Shown piece after piece: positions 1 to 11,908 of a DNA stretch of 64,000 bases. The notes beneath the pieces are model-generated. The model made no database searches. It saw only the letters and a program-made list of their open reading frames with translations, and was not told the origin of the DNA. The DNA is taken from positions 4,650,001 through 4,714,000 of the forward strand of contig JBHGNT010000017.1 of the NCBI GenBank assembly GCA_043228905.1. The letters run 5' to 3'. Positions within the stretch are counted from its first letter, which is position 1. Each line of letters begins with the position of its first letter. Both the position numbers and the translations under genes were made by a program. Origin of the DNA: Azolla caroliniana. Lineage: Eukaryota > Plantae > Polypodiophyta.

Positions 1-1547
1 AAGCCACTAACACAAATCCAGAAGGACAAAGCGATGATTGCAATTGAAACGGAGTTTGATGTAGACGAGGACAGAGATGCCGGAACGTAAGATGGAGAAC
101 CTGTTCGAGGAAAAACCACAAAAAAAAGAGCATATAAGAAGAGAAATGAATATACCAAAAATGCCATAGATTCAAAACTTTTTAACCCCCTTGTATTGCC
201 CAAGGTCATCTAGTACATTAATGGGATTTGATCAACCCACTCATGTATTAGTGATACTTGAACCCAAGTAACTTTAATGACTTTTGAATCCAAGTAAATA
301 TATCGTGATACTTGAACCCATGTGGACATTAATGACTTTTGAATCCTAACTAAATATTAAGTACATGAGTGAGATATGAACCCAAGCATATGTAATGGAG
401 TCCTGATTAATTGAGTGAAAATAGTTATTAATATTTAACAATATTGTGAAATGCACAAAGGTACACACCACAATATACTAAAATTTCATGAAGTTCATAA
501 AGACACTACAATTTGTTAATGTCTACTTCTTTCAATATGAGATAGATAGATTTAAGATAATGATATTTCAATGATCTTAATCCTTGAGAAGCTGAAATTT
601 GATCTATGGGATCAAACTAATTGAGTTCTTCTCAATTGCAAGACTTTTGATGCAGAAACCACCAAGCTAAGAGAGCAAGAGACTGTAATTGTGTATGTGA
701 GAGAATTGTGATTTAATTTAAACTACCTTATGTTGATAGCAGAGCATGATTGCAAAAAACCACCAAAGAAAACCCAATAAAATAGTAATAAAAAGAGACA
801 AAGACAAAAAAATTCAATGATTCTGTTAAAACCACTTTTTTGGATGTGAAGTATGAATCGTGTTAGAGACCATTAAGAGTGAGACATGTTTGGGAATTTA
901 TTTGTGATTCTGGATGTTCAAGACTTAATTTACTCATGAATGTTTCTAATCTCGACTGATTAATAAATAGATAGATTGATAGATAAATAGATAAATAGAT
1001 AGATTGATAGATAAATAGATAGATAGATAGATAGATAGATTGATACATAGATTGATAAATAAATAGATAGATAGATAGATAGATTGATACATAGATTGAT
1101 AAATAAATAGATTGATTGATTGATTGATTGAGAGAGAGAACACTTACTTCCATTGTTACTGCTAGTTGTAATTGTGGTGCAGTTGGCTTCACTTGTGACG
1201 ATGGAGAGATGGCAGAGCTGAGGGAGGCGAAGGGCTGATTGGAGCATGGATTGGTACTGAGGGTTTCCCAGGAGAGAACAAAGGCAGTTGAATTGTGTGG
1301 CATTTGACAAAACGATCTCCAAAGGATCACAACACGAGGATGATGGACTAGTATTGCTGCTGCTGCTACTGCTACTGCTACTGCTACCACTAGCCAATGC
1401 AGAAGAACATGGAGATAAGCTCACAAGAACAGAGGAGCATGCTGAACGATCTACCCTAAATGTGATTGCTATGGCTAATGAAGAGAATGAAGAAGACACA
1501 AGAAGCAGTAGTAGAAGAAGATTAGTGGTGATGAAAGAGTACTCCAT
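1..1547 (-). CDS. LTPG: GPI-anchored non-specific lipid transfer protein (LTPG type), 3' end beyond the window
   Basis: Exon 1 (1547-1148) has a hydrophobic signal peptide and the 8-Cys motif C-X9-C-Xn-CC-Xn-CLC-Xn-C-Xn-C. A GTAAGT donor sits at 1147. After an ACAG acceptor, exon 100..1 reads in phase as SSPSYVPASLSSSTSNSVSIAIIALSFWICVSG, a Ser-rich spacer plus hydrophobic GPI-like tail. An extra middle exon cannot be excluded. Confidence 0.85.
955..1140. repeat. Compound (GATA/GATT/AAAT)n microsatellite in the LTPG intron
   Basis: Directly visible tetranucleotide runs. They account for the low-complexity SIYL ORFs. Confidence 0.95.
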
Positions 1548-1568
1548 GTGGTGGTTTCTTTGTGTGTG

Positions 1569-1601
1569 TAGGGTTAGGGTTAGGGTTAGGGTTGGGGGAG
1601 G
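1569..1601 (+). repeat. (TTAGGG)x~4 plus G-runs, G-quadruplex-forming tract just upstream of the LTPG ATG
   Basis: tagggttagggttagggttagggttgggggaggg. Confidence 0.85.
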
Positions 1602-3674
1602 GAGGTGGTTTTTCCTTGAGCAAAAGAATTGGATTTAAGCAAAACTTGATATAGGTGGATCTTGAGCCATGAATGAAGGCATAGATGAAGGACCTAAATT
1701 CCCCTTAAGGTTTGGTCAATTTTGTTAAAGGTTTGTTTTTTTTGTTTATTGGAAGATTTTATGTTAAAAGATTTGCTCAGTTCAACAATTAAAGGGAACT
1801 TTTGCTTATGTTTCACCATGTGACCTTCAAAGTTTCCTCACATTAAAGACATGATCCTTCCTCTCTTGTTCATTCACACTTCCGGAGTTTATTAATATTG
1901 TCGTCTTCGGGGATCAAATAGAAACTACGTGGAATAATAGAAATATAAATGCGGTTTCGGACCCAAAGACAATGGACCAATCAAAGAGAAATAGATCCAA
2001 GGAGGGAGCATGTTAAAGAAAGAGAGGGAGGACTCGGGAAGAGATGGGGAGAACCACAATGGCACCTTTCCGTTGCCCTTATACATATGTTATATTATTC
2101 GAGATGTAGGTTTTGCGTATGAATCTCATCAATGTTAATGTGTTTGTTTCTTTTTGTAATGTCTATTTTGTTTGTTTCCTTTCACCATGTTGTCTAAAAG
2201 TTTCCCCACATTAAATACATGATCCTCTATCGGTTATTGCACACGTGACCCTTGTAACCTTATTGTTTACACTATGTCAATATGATCTCGTATGAATTCG
2301 GCGTGTTTGAAATAATAATGCCAAATATAACAAACTAGATATTACATGGCTGCAAATTTGGGGCTTTCGAACTCAATTTGCATATCACATAACTATAAAT
2401 GGAATATGATACAATTGCCTTAGCTACTTATAATTCCACTTGACAACCTTCATAGATTCTTGGACTCTCTTTTTTTATAGCATACTCTCCACATATCATC
2501 TTGTATATATTTCTAACAATATGAATTAAGAATATTTTAAATCACCTCAGGTAGATGTGTGAGGGCTTTTGCTACACGACATGTTGGTTGATGAGGGTAT
2601 GATGTTATGTTTTCATGTATGAGTTCTTTATAGCTGTTGGGCATCTTTTCATTAATACCGAGGTGAATCTTTTATCCAAAAAAAGAAAGAAAAAAAGGAT
2701 GTTTTAAATGACAACGTCAAATAGAAGTGTAGTAGATTATACATACCTAATCCCAAACTAAAGTGTTGTAGATTTTGGTAGTAGCGCCCAAGTTTACCTC
2801 TAACTCTACTTGACAACTTTCATAAATTCCTTGTGTGCTTTTTATGTAGCAAAATCTTCACATATAATCTTGTGTACTTTTAAATGATTCTATAGGAGCA
2901 AAATATTAGCATGTATGATCTCAAACTAAATTTACAAAGTGTTAACAAACCTCGATGATGTGTAGACAACCTCTATGTTTTAGAATTTAAAGTAACCTCG
3001 TGTGAAATTGTATTGCCATTTAATTTATTTACGAAATTTACCAAAAACATAACATCCAACTTGATGATTTGGTTTTACGTAAAACTCAAAGAGGATATAT
3101 TTCTCTCTTTCAGACTAGTGTCTCATTGTCCCATGCATAGTTAAAATTAAGTTTGTCACTAGGTTATACATGAACTTGGTGATCATGATTTATGTAGAAA
3201 GATTACCACCCTCACATAGTTCACACACCACATTCATGTTACATAGCATGCACCAAAGTTTATTTATAGGCAAACCTATACATTTTCATAAGTGAAGAAT
3301 TGTTTGTCTAGATGAATGCAACTTGATTGACAATATTGTTAAGTAGACATAAAGGTCATGCACTAGACTTGTACATTCTACAATGGCATCAAATAATGTC
3401 AGAATTTGAGCATGGCATAAATTGGAAACCATCATGGGTTGCCATTACAAAATGGTCTTAATACAAAAGAGAGGGAGAATTAATTGTGCTATATATCGCT
3501 TGCATACTCAGATATGAGAAGTTAGGAAGAAAATATTGGATTCTCATTGTGAATTTTGTATGTCAATCAACAAGCGTAGAATAACAGTGGTGTTTTTTTG
3601 CTGGCTTCTCCAATGAGAAGCTTTCAAGGATTGTCAAGGAAAATTTAAGTTCTTTCATTCGTTTCTGCGTATCA

Positions 3675-3855
3675 TTGTTGTTTGGAATATATGGTTATCA
3701 TTGAGCAATCAATCATTCTATTACAGATGGGATCGGTTTCGCCTGAAATTGAATGATTGCAGTATTGTTGTTTGGAATATACGGTTATCATTGAGCAATC
3801 AATCATTCTACTATAGACAGGATCCGTTATCCTGAAGTTGAATGATTGGAGTATT
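3675..3855. repeat. Tandem duplication, ~90-bp unit x2
   Basis: ttgttgtttggaatata.ggttatcattgagcaatcaatcattcta occurs at ~3675 and ~3765. Confidence 0.85.
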
Positions 3856-4110
3856 TATTTTAGCCCATGTGATCCCACTTCCAAGCATATAATTATCGAT
3901 AGCGCAAACTATTCCTCACCCATGCATTCTGCTTAGTTGAGCCACATCCTGAATTTAGTCATATCTTTTGTGAAACCCTCAAGTAACAAATGTAATATAT
4001 ATACACTCCAAAAAACAATGTAATATATATTACCCTTTCCATTTTATTAGGAAGCTTAATCATATACAATAAATAGGCAAAAATAATAAACTCTGTGATC
4101 TATACATAAC

Positions 4111-7100
4111 TCATGCCCCATATTTTGGATCGATACGGAGCTGTATTTCATGTTTTACGAGTTTTGCAACCTCTGTCATCTGCAGAATAAAAAATATTAT
4201 GTTGAATTCCAATGGTATTTACAGTTGCAAACACATGCAAAGAATAATGCAGTAGAAAGGAAGTCCCAAAGATGTAAAACCAATGGAATGTGTTACATTT
4301 TAAGCACAAGATAAGTATATTTCATTTAAAACAGAGGAGGTAAGCAATCAGGCAACTTAGCAACTGTATCGATTTGATAAAAGCTCCAAATCAGCAAAGT
4401 TTATTTTTCTCTACTTGGCAGCCACCATGTTTTGAAATCAAGAAATTGGCATTATAGTCAGAGTCTCTTGTATTAAATGCGGAATACTTTTGCTTGCATC
4501 TACAGAATTGCTGCTCTTTACTAACAATCAAATACCATATAGTTTCCACGTAGTTAGTTTAGCGCTAGAGAGTTTCTCTTAGTGTGAAGTGGGGAACTTT
4601 TGGTACTCATGATATGTAGTGTGATTTAAACAAATGATACTAGCATTGAGGGAAACAACACTTTGATACAAGCAAATGAAACATTCAACATAAAAAAACT
4701 TAAGCAATCTTTGTGAGTTTCCCAATCCTCTTTTTTCAATGTTTTGCACCAAATTTCCTTCTTTTAGAACTGCAGCTGCAACATTATCAAAGTCTCATCT
4801 TTCTGTGTTGCTGATTCTGTTGATGATGATATGATAATATGAATCACGTGGATATTTACATGTGAATAGACTCGTTGAAGGGAGATCTTGAAGAGGAGAT
4901 TTCCATGGTCCAACAGCAAAAGCTAGCACTACATGTGCATGCGGTGGTCACTATAAATATGGGTCTCTATATCTTCTTTTGGTTAAGAGTTTCCTATGAG
5001 ATCATTCCATCTAGAGAGAGAGGATGTATTTTCTCCTCATTTTAGAAAGAACTATTGTATTAATTTAGATTAATGCAATCCTACTACAAATTTTCTATTC
5101 CTTTTCTTTTTTCTTTTCCCCCATTCAGTTTCTGTGTCAATTTCTTCTGTGATTTCTATTCTAGTTCAATAGTTGTAATCAGGTATCCTGTTCCACAACA
5201 TCCTAACAGCCTCATCACCTACGAGTATTTCAAGGTGAATTGTGTAGAATAAATGACGAAGCAAATCTTACCTTAGGATAATGGTGAAGAACCGGTGCAT
5301 AAATATCAAATGCAATCTGAACTTCTTCCAAAATTCCCAAAAGAGCTTCCACTTCATCACCGAGCAAATCAACCTGTAAACACAAGTGGATGCACTGAAA
5401 ATTCCTCCAAACTAGATATCTACAATCTTAACGACTGCTTATAAAAAATAACTCATGAAAAATTTAGACTTCATTATCTGGACATAGATTTAAAGTTTCT
5501 GAATTTCTTGTACGTTAGTTCTAACAGTTACCTGTATCCTAGATTTAGAGGTTTCAGACTTAGTTTGCCTTCTGGAATGGTAACTGGGTGCTGACACTCA
5601 AGGATTATGAAACATGTATCTAAAATGTTCTACAAACGTTAACTCTTCTCTAAATTATAAGATAAAGGTGATGGATATATATACACATTTTTTATTTGAG
5701 ACCTACTGCAATTATGTTCCAAAATCAAAAAAGAAATCTGACCTCAGTCTCTGCCTTCTGAAGATTACTCGCCAATTTCTGATTGTATTTCAGAGCATCC
5801 ATGGTAGCAAAAGATTTGATTCGGCCATTAAGAAGATCACAATTTTTCTTGATTCTGTCCAAGCTGATATACAAACCAGGAAACACAAAACCATCTAATT
5901 TTGTTCTGCTAGAAAATCCTGGGGAAATGAAGATATCCAAAACAATACAGAAGAAAACTAACAGCCTAACAGGATTGTGAAATCTTCAATCTTCAACTTT
6001 CTCATGTTAGGATTTCAAAAGGATGCTTCATTTTAAAATGAAAGAAAAGGCAGAGAAAGATAATAGTATAGACAAACTAGTCTACTAATTCAGAATAAAA
6101 ATACGTGGATGGTATTCCATAATAGGATAAATAATTTAATACTCCTGAGACATGTGGCAGAAGTTGTTAAAATGACGTACAGAGAGATGCATTAAACCTC
6201 AAAATATGAAATACGGGGACATGCATTATACCGCTGCATATGAAATACAGGGACACAGTGTAATTTTCCTTTTCAATCTGTAGAAGAATACACAAGTTGT
6301 TTTCTCTTCATATTGATGATCTCATGCTTTCTATTGTTTCTGCCATATTTTCGCATCCACATCATAATTTGCATGTCAGGGAACACTACCACGTCATATA
6401 AACAGAACATCAAGCTCGGGTATAATCCACTGCCTCAAACTACTCAAGACTAAGTTTGGACATAATGTGGGAGTATAGTAAGATATAGCCCTAAAAATAA
6501 TGGATAAATGGGACAAAAAGAAGTGGAACGACAAAAAATCCTTCAATAATGGGCAAAACTAGATGCATAAACATAAAAAAACGTCAACTTAAGCAAAACA
6601 TGGACACCATGAAATAGCTTCAGAACATGTACCTTAAAGATCTCTTATGCAGTATATCGACAATCTTTTTCTCCATCTCCTGGGATGATTGTAGAAACTG
6701 GCCAATTTGCTCAGATAGTGTTAATTCCAGCTGCTTTGGAACTGACTCCAGCTTAGTTTTCAGATATTTTAGTTTGTACTTTTGATCATTCTCTAATTCC
6801 AGCCTGTTGATAATTTTTGCATTGGATATTTCTTTTTCACGAAGTGCAAAAAGTTCTGCCATTGTTTCTTCTCTCTCTGAAGCCATTTCCAAACATTTCT
6901 CCCTCTCAATTGTGTATGCCTGTTGTAATTCTAAGAGGGAAGATTCACAATCAAGTCTTGCTAGTTTTAACCTCTTCACCTCAGCCTCTACTGCTTCAAC
7001 ATGCGTCATAAGGTGATATTGTGATAGAGAATAAGCATGTTCCCTCTGAAACAATCTGCCAATCTCTCCTAAAAGCCTCTCTTTGTCCATTTCACACTCC

Positions 7101-10100
7101 TCTTTGAACTTTAAAAATAAAGATTCCTGATCAAGTTTGGCTAACCTTGTAGTTTCCATTTCAGCTTCCATCGCTGCAATTTTAACGGATAAGTGATCCA
7201 GTGAAACAGTATAAGAATGTTCTCCTTCTGTTAGTTTTTCAATCTCTCTTGTAAGAACAACCTTTTCAGCTTCCCAGTCTTGTTTCAAGGTCCATAATGA
7301 GGAAACCTGATCCAAGTTGTCTAGTTGTGATGTTTCTGATTCTATCCCTAGTTTTGCAATTGCAGCTAATAGTTCATTATCAGTTGTAGAACACACAGAT
7401 TCTTTCTCAATCAACTGTCTGATCTCAGTGGTAAGCCTCTCATTCTCATTTTGCAATTCTCGATTCATGCTCATAAACAAAGACTCTTGATCATGTCTTG
7501 TTTGTCGTAAGCCTTCTATCTCTAACTCACGTTCTACAATCATAGTTAGCAGGTGGCCTTCTAATACAGCATAAGCATGTTCTTTATGTTTCAAATTTTG
7601 AACCACTACTCTAACGTTCTCCCTCTCCTTTTGCAACTCTTGGTTTTCCAGACACGACGTTTCTATCAGGATCTCAAGTTCTGCTAGATTAGCTATTAGA
7701 TGACCTTCCACTACAGCATGAGAGTGCTCTCTCTGTAACAAAATGTCAACCTCTCGTCTGAGATTATCCCTCTCCATTTGCAACTCTTGGAAAGAAGACA
7801 TACTATTATGTTTTTCCAGACATAGCTCGTCTATCTGGACCTCAAGTTCTGCTATTCTACCCAACAGGTGCCCTTGTAATGCAGTGTGGGCATGCTCTTT
7901 CTCTATGAACTCTGTAACTTGTCCTCTAAGATCTTCTCTCTCACTTTGCCATTCTCTTTCCAATATCGAGAATGAAAACTCCTGATCCAGTCTTTCCAGA
8001 TGTGATGTTTCTATCAGGGTCTCAAGTTCTGCCAGATTAGCTAGTAGATGACCTTCTAAAACAGCATAAGCGCTCTCTCTCTGTAACAAAATCTCAACCT
8101 CTTTTTTAAGGTTATCCCTCTCAGTTTGCAATTCTTTGAAAGAAGACTCTGCATCAAATTTTTCAAGTGATGCCATGTCTATCTGGGCCTCGAGTCCCGC
8201 TATTCTACCTGATAGATGGCCTTGTAATGCAGCATGAGAATGCTCTTTCTCTATGAAGTCTGTAACTTGTCCTCTAAGATCTTCTCTCTCACTTTGCCAT
8301 TTTCTTTCCAATATCGAGAATGAAGTCTCTTCTGCCAGTCTTTCCAGAAGTGATGATTCTATCAGGATCTCAAGTTCTGCTAGATTACCTAGTAGGTGAC
8401 CTTCTAATACAGCATAAGCCTGCTCTCTCTGTAACAAAATCTCAACTTCCCCTTTAAGGTTATCCCTCTCAGTCTGCAACTCTTTCAAAGAAGACACTGC
8501 ATCAAGTTTTTCAACGGATATCATGTCTATCTGGGCCTCGAGTTCCGCTATTCTGCCTGACAGGCGGTCTTGTAACGCAGCATGGGAATGCTCTTTCTCT
8601 ACAAAATCTGTAATTGTTCCTCTAAGATCTTCTCTCTCACTTTTCCATTTTCTTTCCAATATCGAGAATGAAAACTCCTGATCCAGTCTTTCCAGGTGTG
8701 ATGTTTCTATCAGGCTCTCAAGCTCTGCTAGATTAGCTAGTAGATGACCCTCTAATACAGCATAAACCTGCTCTCTCTGTAACAAAACCTCAACCTCTCC
8801 TTTAAGGTTATTCCTCTCAGTCTGCAACTCTTTCAAAGAAGACACTGCATCAAGTTTTTCAACGGATGCCATGTCTATCTGGGCCTCGAGTTCCGCTATT
8901 CTGCCTGACAGGTGATCCTGTAATGCAGCATCGGTATGCTCTTTCTCTAACAACTGTGCAACTCTTTCTCTAAGATCCTCCCTCTCACTTTGCCATTCTC
9001 GTTCCAATATCAAGAATGAAGACATGTGATCCAGTCTATCTAGCCTCAATCTTTCTATGTCCGTCTCTAACTCTGCAACTCTACCTGATAGGCAATGTGA
9101 TGATCTGATATGAGCCTTTTCTCTCTCCAACAGCTTATGAACCTCTCGTTTTATCCATTCTTTTTCAGCGTGCCATAACTCTTTGCATTTTGCAAACTGA
9201 AACTCCTTGTTTAGTATTTCATAAGAGAGGTTGTCCATTTGGATCTTCAAATCTGAAATTTCTGCCAGAAGATCTGCTTGTTTGGCATACCTGCTTTGCT
9301 CTTTGGCTCTAAACCTTGATAGCTCCAATGTCAGATTCTCAATTTCAACTTCTTTTCTCGAAATGATGTTGAAAAGATTTTCCTTTTCTAAAAGCCACTC
9401 CTTTTTACTGTCTGATATTAGATCTTCAAACATTGCCATCTCTAATTTCTTCAATTCGTTCTCGAAGTCTTGAGATTTTGGTGAATGCCTTGATAATGCC
9501 TCAACTTGTGCTTCAACATCTCTCCTCTGTGGCTGAGACAATTTGGATACCCAAATTTCTTTTTCTTTCCAAAATTGTCTCTTTAAACTGTATATTTCCT
9601 CTGTTATTGCTTCTAGCTTCTGTTCCACTATTATCTTTTCCTTTCTTAAATCCTCAATGACCGTTTTCAGAACAAGAATCAGTTTATCCTTGTCCTGAAT
9701 TCCAGAAGGAGAATCTGGTATCTTAGTGCAGCTTGATTTTTTACCCTCATTGGGTAACTTTGCATGGTGTTCTTCAGATATTTTCGGAGAATCCAAACTG
9801 TCAATCCAATCTAAAGAGTAGTTCAAATTCACTAAGTGTTTGGAAGCTTTTGTTTCTATATATAGTGTATGTTGAGTAGAATCCTCTATTTTTTGTCTCT
9901 TCTGCATCAAGGCATCGGAAAGTACCCATACAAATATATCTGCCTGAACCATATGCTTCCACTCTTGTTCTTTGAAGGCTTCTTGAACAAAAGAAATTTT
10001 CATTTTAATGTCAGTAATCTGATCAGCCAATCTTTTTGTCAAATTCTGTAATTTGAACTCACATTTCGCAATTGATGTGGAACAGTTAGACCTCATTCTT

Positions 10101-11908
10101 TCAAGCCTTGAAGCTTCAAGCTCTAGAAAAGACTCAATCTGAGCCTCTAGGTCTTCAAAATTGTTACAAGATTTCTTTATGATGCTTTCAACTGTGTCTT
10201 TATCATTGGATGGGACAGTTCTTAAATCAAAATTCACAGAGAGTGACTGTTTGTATTTCTGCATCAAAATCTCTGAAATAATCTCAAGCTCTAACATTTG
10301 TCGAAGCTGTTGGCTGACATGTTCCTCTTCCATCTGAAGCTCTGGAAATGTTCTTTCTCCTTTAAGTATAGGCAAATCACTTATACAATGAACTTCAGTG
10401 GATATTTCTTGATCTGAGATGTTATTTGGAACAAGCACACACTTTGAATCGTTTGAAGAAAGCTTTTCATCAAACTGCAAATCCATACTGGACTTCACTA
10501 CCTGTCCTCCAGATCCATCCCGTGAGCTAAGAAGTTCACTAAGTTCAATCAATTTCCTTTTTCCAAATTCGTGAATTGGGATATTTGTAGGTTCTTCCCT
10601 TACATCATTATCATTTTGATCCCGCAATAAAGCTAAGCAAATGGACATCAAGGTTGCATAATCATTCTCTAACTCCTCAATTGCCTGTTTATGGCCCTCC
10701 AAATGTTGATCACATTTGAAGATAAGCTCATCTTTCAATGCTAGTTCAAATGTCAGCTTATGCAACATCTTGGGTACTTCTTTATACCAGCTCTCAATGA
10801 CCATCTCGAAAATGGTGGCTTCTGTTTCAGCTTTCCAGATCAATTCTTGCATGCTAACTACAGACCTATCATCTTTACCATCCCAAAAAGAAAACTGAAG
10901 TCTATGTGAAGATTGTTGTGATTTCAGAATCTCATTCCCCTCTAATATGTAGCATTTCAAATTTTCTCTCACTTCCTTTATCTGTTGTTCAATGTATACT
11001 ACCAGAAGTTCTTGCATCAGTTTCTGTCCCTCTACGGTCTCTTGAAGATTGTTCCTTTCCATTAACAGGCTCTGCACTCCTGATGTTACCTGTGATTCTA
11101 ACCCTTGGTAATCATTTTCCAGATCAGACAAAGCCTTGTCTTTCTCTCTCAGAGATTTCTCTAAGGTTTGCACCTCTTGTGCAAACTTCTCCAATTGGAG
11201 TTGTTTCTGCTGCATTTCTTCCCTTGCATATACCATGCTCTCATTGAACTGTTGTTCTTTGAGCCGAGCTTGCCTTTTCAACCTTGAATTGTCAATCCTG
11301 ATCTTACCAATCTCCTGTTGCATTGATGCGATCTGTCCAATTTTTATCATTTCTTGTTCCTTCAGTTCAGCCAGTTGGTTATCCAGCTCATTTGCCCTTT
11401 TCATTTCAATATGTGCCCTTCCCATTTCATTCTCCAGCATTGACGCCATTTGAACCATGCTGGATGCCATATGTTGTAATTCCCTTTCTTTATTTATAAT
11501 ATCATCCTCACTTTTCTTCCATTTCTTCTGGCTTTCTTGCAAGAAATTCCATAATGTTTCAGACATAGACTTATCAGCACCATCTACATCCGTTGTCAAT
11601 CCGAACATCCCTATGTCAGAGATGATAGCATCTTTCTGTTTCAGCTGGTGTGTCAAATTCTCAATTTGCTTATCTTTATCAGCCAATTGAGTATGGAAAT
11701 CCTCTTCCAGGGCCTTCAGAAAGCCTTTAGCCACAGATGCTTGGACCATGCTGGAAACAATAGTCCGACACTCCAAATCCTCATAAGGTTCTTGATGCAT
11801 ATCATAAATGACATTAGAATCAGTTTTTACAAATGGTACATTGAAAGAATCCACATGGACAACATTCCTGAGGAGGGAAGAGGAAGGAAGCTCTCCTTGA
11901 CTAGCCAT
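4111..11908 (-). CDS. WAP: WPP domain-associated protein (WAP)-like long coiled-coil protein, ~1850 aa
   Basis: Exons 11908-6633, 5863-5743, 5373-5272 and 4179-4111 have GT-AG boundaries and consistent phases. The C-terminus LQKAETE|[34 protein letters not shown]|[12 protein letters not shown] matches the WAP signature as I recall it ([35 protein letters not shown]). The N-terminal [17 protein letters not shown] and the central [14 protein letters not shown] are also WAP-like. Confidence 0.85.
4806..5200 (+). mobile_element. Probable solo-LTR-like insertion in the last WAP intron
   Basis: TGTTG...CAACA ends, ctataaata TATA at ~4951 and a pyrimidine-rich U5-like tail. The flanks ttctg/tccta match 3/5. 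Confidence 0.45.
6900..9330 (-). repeat. Coding tandem repeat: ~14 monomers of ~56-60 aa, with a core of ~4 copies of a 348-bp (116-aa) dimer
   Basis: The marker ttccaatatc.agaatgaa recurs at ~7956, 8304, 8652 and 9000 (348-bp steps). The protein alternates [14 protein letters not shown] and [12 protein letters not shown]. Confidence 0.95.

Noticed and set aside
863-1638. Overlapping ORFs of 175, 65 and 116 aa
   Set aside because: They are alternative or antisense frames of the LTPG exon and microsatellite, and are low complexity.
4690-4780. Open frame after a TGCAG acceptor as a candidate WAP last exon
   Set aside because: The phase is incompatible with the upstream donor, and exon 4179-4111 fits both phase and homology.
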